IMG/VR virus record: IMGVR_UViG_3300044513_002984
Span: 1-26,788 of that record
Direction: 5' to 3' (one strand)
Source of the DNA: a virus
Taxonomy: Duplodnaviria > Caudoviricetes
Length of the DNA stretch: 26,788 nt
The translations under genes and the position numbers were made by a program. The notes under the pieces were generated by a model. It was not told where the DNA came from, ran no database searches, and saw nothing but the letters and a program-made list of their open reading frames with translations. This document shows, piece by piece, positions 7,887 to 17,474 of this stretch (its first letter is position 1; each line of letters starts with the position of its first letter).

Positions 7887-8258
7887 TTAGATAGCGGCAA
7901 AGCCTGCGATGATGCGCACTGTGTCTGATGCGCCTGCTTTCTTGTATGCGATGGTCGTGATCTTAGTGCGCAAGGTCACGATGTCATCAGAGAAGATTTG
8001 ACCGACTGCGATCTCGTTGGTCGTTGGATCGCTCGCGAGGGTGCGCGCTCGATACTTAATGAACATCACATCAGAGCCCTCATTGGTGAAGCCAATCCAC
8101 TCAAAGGCTAGACCTGAGGCGCAAGCGCTCCCTGTGGTGACGTCAATGAAGTCAGCTGAGGTGAGGTCATTCCAATCTGTGTTGGAGACGCCTGAGAGGT
8201 CGATTGAGCCACGAGTAGAGCCGCTGATAATGGGCTCAGTCACTTTAAGTCTAGCCAT
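7887..8258 (-). CDS. hypothetical, probably virion-associated protein
   Basis: 123 aa with GAGG SD; beta-rich; lies between the amidase and fibre genes. Confidence 0.6.
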   Translation of the reverse strand: MARLKVTEPIISGSTRGSIDLSGVSNTDWNDLTSADFIDVTTGSACASGLAFEWIGFTNEGSDVMFIKYRARTLASDPTTNEIAVGQIFSDDIVTLRTKITTIAYKKAGASDTVRIIAGFAAI

Positions 8259-8261
8259 GAT

Positions 8262-8975
8262 TTAATCCTCAAAATCTTCGCTGAGTAGTCGATAAATGTG
8301 AGCCACGCTATCCATTGAGCGCTGACGCTTGATGACACCCTCAATCCTGCCCTCTGGCCCCTCGCCATGGGCGTTCCCCTCTAAGGTGTCAAATAGTCCC
8401 ATGTCATCAGGTGATGACACCACTAGGACAATGTGATTCCCCTGAACAGGTGAATGGTCATCTGAGGTGAACACAGTCACAATGTCCCCTGGCTGTGGCT
8501 GTTCCCCATCCCTACACCTTGAGGTCTTACCCCATGAGCTCCACATTCTGTAGCAGCTAGGGAAGATCTTTTGACGGATCGAGGGGAGCACAGACCGCCC
8601 ATAGGCAAAAGCGGCGAACGCTCCACACCATGAGAATTGACCGTTGCGTGTATAGTCAGCCTCCCAGCTCCAACCAATCCCTTCTGAGCTCTTGATGTAT
8701 GTATTGATGCGCTGCCAATCCCCGCCATAGTTTGGCTCTGTGACGTTGCGCTCCCACTCTGCCTGTGCTCTATCGAGCGCCTCACGGCTCTGAGGTGAAG
8801 CGTAGACTGTGCGCTCAGGGCGTGAGTCAACCTCAAGCGCCTTGAGGTCTAGCCCCATTTGAGAGATAGCGCGGTGGAGACGCCTGAGCTCATGCTCATA
8901 GCTCTCCTTGATGTCAGCCACCATGAGCTTGAGCTCTTTATTTTCCGTCTCTAGTTGGGCCTTGGTTTTGCTCAT
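8262..8975 (-). CDS. CHAP-family amidase/endopeptidase with N-terminal coiled coil (probable endolysin)
   Basis: WCGAFAAFAY (catalytic Cys), PQPGDIV, GNHIVLV (His) and TLEGN: the canonical CHAP signature. Confidence 0.8.
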   Translation of the reverse strand: MSKTKAQLETENKELKLMVADIKESYEHELRRLHRAISQMGLDLKALEVDSRPERTVYASPQSREALDRAQAEWERNVTEPNYGGDWQRINTYIKSSEGIGWSWEADYTRNGQFSWCGAFAAFAYGRSVLPSIRQKIFPSCYRMWSSWGKTSRCRDGEQPQPGDIVTVFTSDDHSPVQGNHIVLVVSSPDDMGLFDTLEGNAHGEGPEGRIEGVIKRQRSMDSVAHIYRLLSEDFED

Positions 8976-11900
8976 TTAGCTGTACCTTTGCGCTTCTGTA
9001 TTTGAGCCTAACACAGGCGGGCTAGTGTCGCTAGCTAGATAAGCGTCAGCCTTATGGTGTGTTGAGGCGCTTGTGTAGATAGTGGGCTCAAGGGTTCCAC
9101 CTGTGACTGTGACCCCATGAGACGCCGTGAAGGTGATCACGTTCCCCGATATGCTGTCAATAGTTAGCCCTGTGATGGCGTTGTCATGGTCCCCCCTTGG
9201 TAGGTAGTCCACCACATCACCCGCTTCGAAGAAGCTCACATCTCTTGATGTGGTCCCATAGCTGAAGTTGGCCACCTCTAAGCTAGTGGCTGACCTGATG
9301 ACTGTGACATCTGCTGAGGCGTTCCATGCTACAGGCTTGGTCCCTGTATGGATGATCTCAATTTGTGCGCCCTCACCCATGAGCTCCTGATGGATAGATT
9401 GAACCATCCCCACCTCATTGGTGACGCCCCACTCATCGCCATAGCCTTTGAGGAGAGGTGAGCTTACGTCAACATAGGCGCCCACATCTAGGAGAATGCT
9501 TTGACCTGTGCCAATCGAGCCACGCCACAGCCTCAGAGGATTGCTCAGGAGGTTCCATTGACGAGCGACCACAGGGAGGAAGTAGCCAAGCGTGTCACCA
9601 AGGGAGCTCCCCAAGTCCCTGTCAGTCAACCCATACAGGTCAAGGCTAGTCCGTGAGCGCTCGCCACCATAGCGGTTGATCGCCTCTTGATTGTTAAAGA
9701 TAACCTCAGAGCCAAAGCGCTCCTCCTCTGTGGACCATTGGAATCTCACCACAGTCTGGGTCACTACGTCCTCATAAATTGACCAAGTGGGTGGCTGGTC
9801 TTGATGCCAATCACCCGCCTCAATCGTGGCCACCGCTTCACCTGAGCGCTCAGCGCCGATAGGCTGAAGGGTGAGCTTAGAGCGCCCATTAAGGTCACGC
9901 TTCATGATGAGCGCACAGCTCATGGCCTTGAGCATGCTGTCAATCACGTCACGGATGGCCACCCCATCACCTGAGATGGCTCCTGAGAAGGTGAAGGCGC
10001 TCGTCCCATCATAGGTGAGGAAGCTGGCCTCATCTATCTCTGAGGAGGGGATGGCAAGGCCAATGCTATAGACGTCATATGTCCCAAGTTTGGAGTCACC
10101 TCCACCACTCTCAAGGAGCTTGAGGATGATCTCACCAGGGCGCTCCTTGTCGAACAGCGCCCCGCCATAAATCTCAGCGCGCTCAGCGTCAGGCCAATCA
10201 CCAAAGGAGCTGACCAAATCCCAATCTTGAGCAGGGTCAAGGTGGATGATGTAGCCCACTGTGGAGCTGTCATAGGTCGCCGTGGTTTGGTGAGTGGCTT
10301 TAAGCCATTGATAGCGCACCTCCTCAGCGCGGCGGTCTACATACTTGACTTGGACGTCATAGCTCTCACCCGCTGTGGCGCTCGCTGGCAAGCCAAGCCC
10401 GCTCTCTACCAAGATGGTGAGCTCACGCCATTGATAGTAGCCAAGAGCAATCCCCTTGATGGGATAACTCTTAGAGCGTTGTGTGCTGTCATCGGCACAG
10501 GCCAAGGTTCTAGTCACCACTCGGCGAGTGGTCCCTGTCCTATGGTCTGAGCTGAATCTGTTCTCAGAGTCTGGCTTCCTAATGTCCAAAGGGTACCAGA
10601 GGCGGTAGCGTGTCCACAGAGGAGGGCGTGGGCCCAATGAGTCCCAATATCTTGCGCGAGGCTCAATGTTACTCAGGCTCCCTTGGCTCAAAATAATTCT
10701 TGGCCTGACCCCATCGGGGTCATCATTGGGAGAGACTGTGATCATCCCATTAGCGCTAAGTTGCCACCTAGCCCATGAGCCATCATATCCTGTGACATAC
10801 TCAGGCTCATTTAGGAGGCCATCAATCACAGCATCAGGCCACGCCTTAACCTCATTATCACCTAGCTTAAGGCGCTTGGCTTCTGCCTCTGAGTTGGTCC
10901 TGACAGGAATGTATTCACTTGTTCCTGAGGTGTTATAGATTGTGTTTGTGGCGTCATATCGGATGAATGATCCGCTAGCTAGTGTTGGATAAAATATCTG
11001 CTCTGTGCCCCCCTCAAACCTACCCTCAAGCCGTGGGTAGCGCGGGTGATTGCCATCCGTGTCAGGGTCAACACCCTTAGGGCCAGCCATCCAAAAAAGC
11101 CTGAGGTTATCTAGCCCGCCATCCCATATCTCAAACAGAGGCGGTGTGGCTGTTGGGTCAATAGTAGCGCGCTCGATATGGTATTGAGCCCCACCATCCT
11201 GAAGGTCTACAGCCCACTCAAGATAGCTGCCCTCACTCCCATTGTAGTGGTGGAAGCCTTGAAGGAGGTGGGTGGTGTTGCGCCCCCTCTCTGTGATGGG
11301 ACCATCCAAGAGAGCGATGATAGGCGTCAGGCTTAGGGTGACTGTGCCACCCTCCTCAACCACAGGTGAGGAATCAAGGAAGCCATTGACCACTTGGGTG
11401 AAGTCAGACAGGCCACCATCAGGGAGCTCCTGAGCTACCCACAGAGAAGCGCGCCGACCCCTAAAGGTGGTGATGGCTGTGGCCACCTCTGGGACATTGG
11501 TCCCACCCTGAGTGATGAGGTGGGCTTGACGTTGTGAGCGACCCACAGCGCGCTGATCAAACGTGAGGCGGTCACCGCCAGCTATAGGGGTGACCCCTGT
11601 CACCTTGATCGTCTCAGCGCCTATGTGAAACAGCGCGGGATAGGTGACGCCTGAGACTGTGGTGTCAATGTCCACAGTACCTGAGTCTGTGGCGTATAGA
11701 ATCTCTGAGGTGATTTGAGCCCTAAAGGGGGCTGACGCTCGAGCGCCACACCTTCCAAAGATAGTGGCGGGGTCATTGACGCCACCCCTCAGCCTATCGC
11801 TTGCCAGGGTGACTGTGAGCGCTCCATAGGTGGCCACCCCCCCTGAGGGGTCAAGCTGTGAGCTATAAGCGCCAACGCTGACAATGGCCTCCACGTCCTC

Positions 11901-12035
11901 ATAGGCTATCCCCACAGCGATAGTCCCTGAGAAGTTGGCGTCTGTAGGGTCAAAGCCTCCTGAGGAGTAGCGCACAGGAAGCCCCGCCACCTCTAAGACA
12001 AACACCCGCCGCGCTCGATCATCCGTGATACTCAT
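8976..12035 (-). CDS. large tail tip / hub protein
   Basis: 1019 aa downstream of the tape measure; 'FHIGAETIKVTG...QRAVGRSQRQAH' resembles motifs in phage tail-tip proteins; 'NQEAINRYG' near the C-terminus is typical of hub proteins. Confidence 0.65.
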   Translation of the reverse strand: MSITDDRARRVFVLEVAGLPVRYSSGGFDPTDANFSGTIAVGIAYEDVEAIVSVGAYSSQLDPSGGVATYGALTVTLASDRLRGGVNDPATIFGRCGARASAPFRAQITSEILYATDSGTVDIDTTVSGVTYPALFHIGAETIKVTGVTPIAGGDRLTFDQRAVGRSQRQAHLITQGGTNVPEVATAITTFRGRRASLWVAQELPDGGLSDFTQVVNGFLDSSPVVEEGGTVTLSLTPIIALLDGPITERGRNTTHLLQGFHHYNGSEGSYLEWAVDLQDGGAQYHIERATIDPTATPPLFEIWDGGLDNLRLFWMAGPKGVDPDTDGNHPRYPRLEGRFEGGTEQIFYPTLASGSFIRYDATNTIYNTSGTSEYIPVRTNSEAEAKRLKLGDNEVKAWPDAVIDGLLNEPEYVTGYDGSWARWQLSANGMITVSPNDDPDGVRPRIILSQGSLSNIEPRARYWDSLGPRPPLWTRYRLWYPLDIRKPDSENRFSSDHRTGTTRRVVTRTLACADDSTQRSKSYPIKGIALGYYQWRELTILVESGLGLPASATAGESYDVQVKYVDRRAEEVRYQWLKATHQTTATYDSSTVGYIIHLDPAQDWDLVSSFGDWPDAERAEIYGGALFDKERPGEIILKLLESGGGDSKLGTYDVYSIGLAIPSSEIDEASFLTYDGTSAFTFSGAISGDGVAIRDVIDSMLKAMSCALIMKRDLNGRSKLTLQPIGAERSGEAVATIEAGDWHQDQPPTWSIYEDVVTQTVVRFQWSTEEERFGSEVIFNNQEAINRYGGERSRTSLDLYGLTDRDLGSSLGDTLGYFLPVVARQWNLLSNPLRLWRGSIGTGQSILLDVGAYVDVSSPLLKGYGDEWGVTNEVGMVQSIHQELMGEGAQIEIIHTGTKPVAWNASADVTVIRSATSLEVANFSYGTTSRDVSFFEAGDVVDYLPRGDHDNAITGLTIDSISGNVITFTASHGVTVTGGTLEPTIYTSASTHHKADAYLASDTSPPVLGSNTEAQRYS

Positions 12036-12688
12036 TAGGCCTCCTGATAGATGTCAAACAAGTGGACCGCATAGATGATAACCTCCTCAGCTGTAACCCT
12101 GACAGCGAGCTCATCACCTCGGTTGGCAGGTGGTATGTAGAGAGGTCGCGGGAAGGTGGGAGCGCTCAACCCTCCACTTGGGAAGGTATAGAGCCGTGAG
12201 CCTGTGTTGACCCTCGCTAACCCTGTGAGCTGACCACGCTGTAAGATTTGGAGCTGTGCGGGATATGTGAAGAGGATCCCCTCATCTATCTTGGCGCCAA
12301 TCGAGCCCCCACTTATCCCATATAACTCAACCAAGATATTAGGCCCCGTCAAAGAGGTGGGGTTTGATGAGGCGGCTCCATAGGTGATCTCAATCCCAAT
12401 CCACTCAGAGGTTGGTAGGCTAAAATAAAATAGATCAAATTCATCCATATAGCCCTTGGCTGGAATGTTTTGATAACCTCCAAAGGTGGCCCCTTTAGCG
12501 TAGTTGATTGAGTTCCAATCCTGCCAAGTGGAGCGCCCTACATGATAATAGCCAGCTGATCGAAACTTGACTTGGTTTAGCTGTTTGAGTGACAGCGCCA
12601 TCTGAGCCACAGGGGCCCCCATGGTGATCACACCATTAGCGCAAACCTGAGCTGATGGGAGCGGTTGAAAATTAGTAGGTGTGGCCAT
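12035..12688 (-). CDS. putative minor tail protein
   Basis: 217 aa; position in the tail-tip block; stop/start overlap with the next gene. Confidence 0.55.
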   Translation of the reverse strand: MATPTNFQPLPSAQVCANGVITMGAPVAQMALSLKQLNQVKFRSAGYYHVGRSTWQDWNSINYAKGATFGGYQNIPAKGYMDEFDLFYFSLPTSEWIGIEITYGAASSNPTSLTGPNILVELYGISGGSIGAKIDEGILFTYPAQLQILQRGQLTGLARVNTGSRLYTFPSGGLSAPTFPRPLYIPPANRGDELAVRVTAEEVIIYAVHLFDIYQEA

Positions 12689-12691
12689 GTC

Positions 12692-13777
12692 TCATACTCC
12701 CCAAATACAGAGCCCTTTAATCCAAGGTACTCCTGGAGTTAAGGTAGGGTTCTGCTCGATATTGAGCAGAAATTCCCAATTGTGGTCAGCGTTATCTAAT
12801 CCCGCTCGATAAACTGAGAAGTTAAAGAGCTGGCTCATCTCCTCATCTTGGTCAGGTCTTATAGTGATGTCATGGGAGCTCCACCCGTTGGCTGTCAAGG
12901 TGATCTCTTGACCCATAATCACATAAGTCACTGAAGGATAAAGGGCGCTGATATTCACCATGTTAAACCACACTGTAATCGTGTAGAAGTTGTCGCCATC
13001 AAACGCCTCATGAGGGATAAATACAGGGCTAAACAACACCTCAATGTCACCCACACCTAGATAAACAGCAGGTGCAGGGTCTGAGACTGAAGTGGGAGCG
13101 GCAAACAGATTATCTACACCAGACCATGAGGTATAGGCGAGGACCCTCCTCCTCAGCGTCTCGATATTCTCAAGCATATCCACACCCCATCGAGCGCTCA
13201 GAGGATAATCATTCCCCACTCTGTTAATCCCAAAAGGTGTGTAGATGTTCAGCTTACCATCAGGGAGCGCGCCTGTTGAGAGTGGTGACGCCTTAGCCAC
13301 CCAATGAGCTGCAAGCGTCCTTATCTCATGGTGGTTGGGTGTGCCTGTGGTGTGCTTCACCTCAATGGATAATGTCCCATAACTAGCTAGGGGAGTTGAA
13401 GTTACAGTCACAGTCTGCTCAATGATGTGTGGGCCAGCTCCTGTTGAGAGCGTCTCAGCGGTGTAGACGTCTGAGCCAATGGTCAGCGTTGACCTTATGC
13501 CCCCTGGTCCTAAGGCTATCAGGTGAAGGTGGAGCTCATAGTGCTCATGTGTGATGATGGGGATCATATACTCAACCATTGGCTGGTAGGTGGTCCCCTT
13601 CTGAGTGAATTGACCCTCAGCCCACGCTTGGCTGATGACGTTGTGAGTCCCACCATAAGCATAGAGATAGTTGGCGGTGTCACTCATAGCTGTGACAGCT
13701 CCCTCACCTATGACCTGACCCGCCACCACGGTCACCTCATCAGCGAGCGTGGGAGGAGTTGTGAAGCTGTTGCTCAT
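12692..13777 (-). CDS. putative minor tail protein
   Basis: 361 aa, beta-rich; ATGA overlap with the upstream gene. Confidence 0.55.
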   Translation of the reverse strand: MSNSFTTPPTLADEVTVVAGQVIGEGAVTAMSDTANYLYAYGGTHNVISQAWAEGQFTQKGTTYQPMVEYMIPIITHEHYELHLHLIALGPGGIRSTLTIGSDVYTAETLSTGAGPHIIEQTVTVTSTPLASYGTLSIEVKHTTGTPNHHEIRTLAAHWVAKASPLSTGALPDGKLNIYTPFGINRVGNDYPLSARWGVDMLENIETLRRRVLAYTSWSGVDNLFAAPTSVSDPAPAVYLGVGDIEVLFSPVFIPHEAFDGDNFYTITVWFNMVNISALYPSVTYVIMGQEITLTANGWSSHDITIRPDQDEEMSQLFNFSVYRAGLDNADHNWEFLLNIEQNPTLTPGVPWIKGLCIWGV

Positions 13778-14994
13778 AAGTGCTCCAATCTCAGGCTGAC
13801 AGGTACACGCCTTTTAAGTGAGCCAAAGGCTAGATCATAGGAGGCGGTCACAATCGAGCACCTGAGCCTACCTTGGTCACCATTGTCCTCTGAGGTGTAG
13901 ATGAGGTCATAGGGCTCCTGTGTGAAGCTGACCAAAGCTGACCTGAGCGAGCGCCTAGAATCACCCCACCCTTGGTAGAAGTTGACCCGCTCACCATTGG
14001 AGGCATAAGGGACAAAGCTATCAGTAAAGTGGCGGTATAGATCACGGACATCAAGCAAGGCGTCAAGGTCAAAGCTCAGCGCGCTTGTGGTGTAGGTGCC
14101 AATGAGGTTGGAGGTGTAACCCCCGCCAATCTTACGGCGCGCCTGTGTCACGCTCTCCACGCTGTAGTGGTGATCTTGGAAGGGTCTTGAGGGGAGGAGC
14201 GCCCCTGGCATGGGATTGGATGCCACGATACGCGCCACATAGTCTGTAGCTGTTGAGCCCATGGCCTCAGCGTCCTCACGCCCATTGAACCCAAGGCGAT
14301 CTCTGAAGCTAGTATCAAGCCAACCAAATAGCCCTGTGCTCATATACCAGACTTCAACGTGGCCCACATCATTGAGAATCCACCTAATCTCCTGACCCGC
14401 TTGGTCCCTGATGAGCTCCTCAAGACAATCTGTAGGCGCTAGGTCATCCACGTCACCTGAGCCACGCTCTCTCAAGGTGGTCACTACGTCCTGAGAAGGC
14501 CATGGCCTATTTTCAGCTGCTCTGAAGGCGTCAAAGCTAGTCCCTAACAGATTATCAAACCTGTAGCGCTCGCCACTATAGACGCCGCGCGTCCAATCCG
14601 CTGAGGCGGTCACGCTAAAATTAGCCCCATCAACCACAGCTGTAGATGTGCCAAGCCCTAAGACATCAGCGTCAAGAGGGGTCACTCTGAAAAGAGCGTC
14701 TGAGGTGATCTTGATTCTATCGTCCTCTGTGAGCTCCACAGACCATGTGGTGTTGAAGGTGGCTAATGTCCCCAAAGCCTCCTCAAGCGTCCCCATCGCG
14801 TCTGTGGGTGTGGTATCTCCAACCCCTCTCCCATTGAGGAAGAAGAGGCCATCCTCATATACTCCCCCCCCTGTGGCGTATGAAGGAAGGCTGACATCTG
14901 TGGCGTTGTAGCGTACCACGTCAACCCCTGCCCATTGGCGAGCATCAAAGGCAGCCAAGAGTCCGAAGTTGGGAGCGGGTGTGTTGTATGGCAT
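13774..14994 (-). CDS. putative distal tail (Dit-like) protein
   Basis: 406 aa, first gene after the tape measure; GAGGTG SD. Call is positional. Confidence 0.5.
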   Translation of the reverse strand: MPYNTPAPNFGLLAAFDARQWAGVDVVRYNATDVSLPSYATGGGVYEDGLFFLNGRGVGDTTPTDAMGTLEEALGTLATFNTTWSVELTEDDRIKITSDALFRVTPLDADVLGLGTSTAVVDGANFSVTASADWTRGVYSGERYRFDNLLGTSFDAFRAAENRPWPSQDVVTTLRERGSGDVDDLAPTDCLEELIRDQAGQEIRWILNDVGHVEVWYMSTGLFGWLDTSFRDRLGFNGREDAEAMGSTATDYVARIVASNPMPGALLPSRPFQDHHYSVESVTQARRKIGGGYTSNLIGTYTTSALSFDLDALLDVRDLYRHFTDSFVPYASNGERVNFYQGWGDSRRSLRSALVSFTQEPYDLIYTSEDNGDQGRLRCSIVTASYDLAFGSLKRRVPVSLRLEHL

Positions 14995-14998
14995 GGTT

Positions 14999-17056
14999 TC
15001 ACCTCATCCTCTGCTGACTAAAGCGCGCCATCCCTCTAGGGTTGCGGTTGTAGGTCTGGACTATATCGTTGACCATAGCGCGACGCGCTGCCTCTTGGGT
15101 GTCATATATCACAGCGCCTCCAAAGTTGATATTGACCACAGTTGATGAAGTCTCAGCCTGTTCACGCTGTGGAGCGCTCGCCACCTGTGGAGCTCCTGAT
15201 GGTGAGGCGGTTGTCCCACCACCTCCACCGCCACCACCTACACCAAGCGCCCCCGCGCCAGCTCTAGCGGCGGCGGCGGCAGCTCCATAAGCGGCGGCGC
15301 TCGCTGCCAAGTTACCAGCTAGAGCGGGATTGATAAACGCCATCGCTAAAGCCTCAGCGCCCTTCATAAGCGCTTTGACTGTGGCCTCCACTGCTAATGA
15401 CTTGAGGAGCTCACCCGTGGCCTCTTTAAAGCTCTTACCTGCCACATCACCAAAGAGGGCAGCCTCAGCCGCCGCTTGTGCAAAACCTTGACCATACTCA
15501 TCAATGATAGACCCTAAGGTTGTGGCGGCGGATTGAAGCTCGCTTGCTGTGGTCTTGGTGATCGCCTTGGTGAACTCTGCAAAACTACTCACCATCAGCT
15601 CCTGTTGAGCTATTAGGTCAGCGGCGTCCTTCTGTCGTTGCTCACGCTGACGTTGACGCTCACGCTCACGCTCAGCGTCCATTCTCTCCATTCGGGCGAA
15701 CTCTTTAGCCTCAGCCTGGTCCATGATGGTATTGACCTCAAGCTGATATTGCTTCTGAACTACCGCCCGCTTCATGGCGTCATCCTTGGCAAGCTCAAGC
15801 CCTGTCTTATAACGCTCACGCGCTAGGGCTAAAAGCTCATCATCTCCCTCCTTAGTGAGCTTGATATTGAGCTGATTGAGCTGGCTCTGTAGGAGGGTCT
15901 GACGTGTCTGCTCAGCTTGAGCCGCGCGGGCTCTAGCCTTGCTCATCTCCTCGAGGCGCTTGCGCTCAGCCTCGCTCGCCTTCTTGTCAGCCTCAGCAAA
16001 TTGACGGCGCGCCTTAGCTGCCTGTGCTCGCCCTGCCACGTCCACTTGGTTGAGCTCAAGGATGGCCTGAGTCTGTTGGTCAATGGTCTTGATGAGGTCA
16101 GCGCGCTCCATATCCTCAGCGCGCCTCGCCACCTGAGATGCCTCAAGGCTGATCTGCTCTTTAGCGTTGGCGAGCGTTAAGGCGTCACGAGTGTAGAGCT
16201 CTTGCTCCGCTACTTGTAAGGTCTTTAATCTTTCAGCGTTTTCTTTGACCTTGGCCTTGAGGTTGTCCGTGGTGTTCTCCTCAAGCTCCTTCTCTTGCTT
16301 TGACGCCTTAGCGATAAGCTCAAGGTTTTGCTGTAGTGGACCCTGAAGGGCTTTGAGACGCTTATTGAGAGCGCCTTGAGCCTTATCACGCTCCATCTCA
16401 GCTGTGGTTAATCGCCTACGCGCCGCCAAGCCCTCCTGAGATAGCTTCAAGCCCTTAGCGTCTAGCTTGTTGAGCTCATCTTGAGCCTTGCCAACAGCGT
16501 CAAGTGACTCAGTGTAGGCCTCCATTTGTGGGCGGCTCTTTTCCACCTGCTTCTGTAGGAGCTCCTTGGCTACCTGAGATTGAAGGGTGACCTGAGTGAA
16601 CTTGAGCAGGGCGCTAGTGGTTGGGATGACTCCACCCTCAGCGAGCGCTTCAAGCTTTGAGGTGAGGTCAGCTGAAGCGGCGGCCATAGCCTCTTGGCGG
16701 TCCTCTGCCTCTTTAGCCGCTCCACTTAATTGTCTAAAGCCCTCATATAGACCCGCCACCGCTGTAGTGACCAAGGCAATAGGTGAAGCCAAGCTAAGGA
16801 AGCTGGCGACACCACCTTGACCCAAAGCGCCCACAGCGCCCTTGAGTGATTTGACAGCTTCAACGCTCGACCCCACAGCGTCAGACATGGTTGATAAGCC
16901 CTCACCAATCTGAGCGCTACTCTTGTCCATGATCTTGGTGACACCCTTGAAGCCCTCGCCAACGTCCTTGGCTCCATCCTTCAAATTGTCTAGCTGTTTG
17001 GTGACGTCCTTTTCACCCTTTAGCTCAACCTCGATCTGAATTGTATTCTCAGCCAT
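14999..17056 (-). CDS. tape measure protein
   Basis: Likely start ATG 17056 (MAENTIQIEVELKG; CAGGAG SD). Long Ala/Glu/Lys-rich helical protein with hydrophobic segments and a C-terminal 'VVNINFGG..I' motif; follows the chaperone genes. Confidence 0.85.
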   Translation of the reverse strand: MAENTIQIEVELKGEKDVTKQLDNLKDGAKDVGEGFKGVTKIMDKSSAQIGEGLSTMSDAVGSSVEAVKSLKGAVGALGQGGVASFLSLASPIALVTTAVAGLYEGFRQLSGAAKEAEDRQEAMAAASADLTSKLEALAEGGVIPTTSALLKFTQVTLQSQVAKELLQKQVEKSRPQMEAYTESLDAVGKAQDELNKLDAKGLKLSQEGLAARRRLTTAEMERDKAQGALNKRLKALQGPLQQNLELIAKASKQEKELEENTTDNLKAKVKENAERLKTLQVAEQELYTRDALTLANAKEQISLEASQVARRAEDMERADLIKTIDQQTQAILELNQVDVAGRAQAAKARRQFAEADKKASEAERKRLEEMSKARARAAQAEQTRQTLLQSQLNQLNIKLTKEGDDELLALARERYKTGLELAKDDAMKRAVVQKQYQLEVNTIMDQAEAKEFARMERMDAERERERQRQREQRQKDAADLIAQQELMVSSFAEFTKAITKTTASELQSAATTLGSIIDEYGQGFAQAAAEAALFGDVAGKSFKEATGELLKSLAVEATVKALMKGAEALAMAFINPALAGNLAASAAAYGAAAAAARAGAGALGVGGGGGGGGTTASPSGAPQVASAPQREQAETSSTVVNINFGGAVIYDTQEAARRAMVNDIVQTYNRNPRGMARFSQQRMR

Positions 17057-17474
17057 GCTGGGTCTCCTGTAGAGCTTGCTCACGCTGTCTGTGTAATAAC
17101 TCCTCAGAGTTATGATGTAGCACGTCAAGCGCCTCAATTATTGCACAGGTGGGGCGCGGATAGCTAGACGCTATAGAGCTGAGCCCTTGCCTGTGCCTAT
17201 GATAGACCTCAATGATTGAGGCCATTCTATTCTGATCAGCTATAGGACAAGACCTGACCTCAAGGTCAGCAAAGCCCCCGCCACAGTTTGGCGCTACTCG
17301 ATAACCAGGGACAAATAAGCCCCGCTCATCACGCTGAGCGAGGGGAAGCCCCTCCTTAAAAGGACCACCACAATTCCCACGCTGACGCCTTAATGCAGGG
17401 CGCTCCCTGCATTGGTCACAGCTCCACCCGCGCCCCCCGCTGTTGGCAAGCCATACAGAGGACGCGAGCGCTAT
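17049..17474 (-). CDS. tail assembly chaperone -1 frameshift extension (gpT-like), not in ORF track
   Basis: 141-codon stop-free -1 frame starting at the slippery site and ending at TGA 17051-17049, overlapping the TMP start: IALASSVWLANSGGRGWSCDQCRERPALRRQRGNCGGPF...NCGGGFADLEVRSCPIADQNRM...RPTCAIIEALDVLHHNSEELLHRQREQALQETQHG*. Confidence 0.8.
   Translation of the reverse strand: MALASSVWLANSGGRGWSCDQCRERPALRRQRGNCGGPFKEGLPLAQRDERGLFVPGYRVAPNCGGGFADLEVRSCPIADQNRMASIIEVYHRHRQGLSSIASSYPRPTCAIIEALDVLHHNSEELLHRQREQALQETQHG

Noticed and set aside
14864-14871. C8 homopolymer as a phase-variation tract
   Set aside because: It encodes in-frame Gly-Gly-Gly in an apparently essential tail gene; no evidence of slippage.
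15638-15680. Hexamer repeat (CGCTCA)n and the + strand ORF MLTLTLTLT
   Set aside because: Low-complexity ERERERQRQR coding in the tape measure; the ORF is an antisense shadow.
17057-17137. Track start for the tape measure at 17137 (likewise 21308, 25523 and 4212 for other genes)
   Set aside because: Downstream ATGs with SD sequences and/or stop-start overlaps (17056, 21203, 25478, 4122) fit better.
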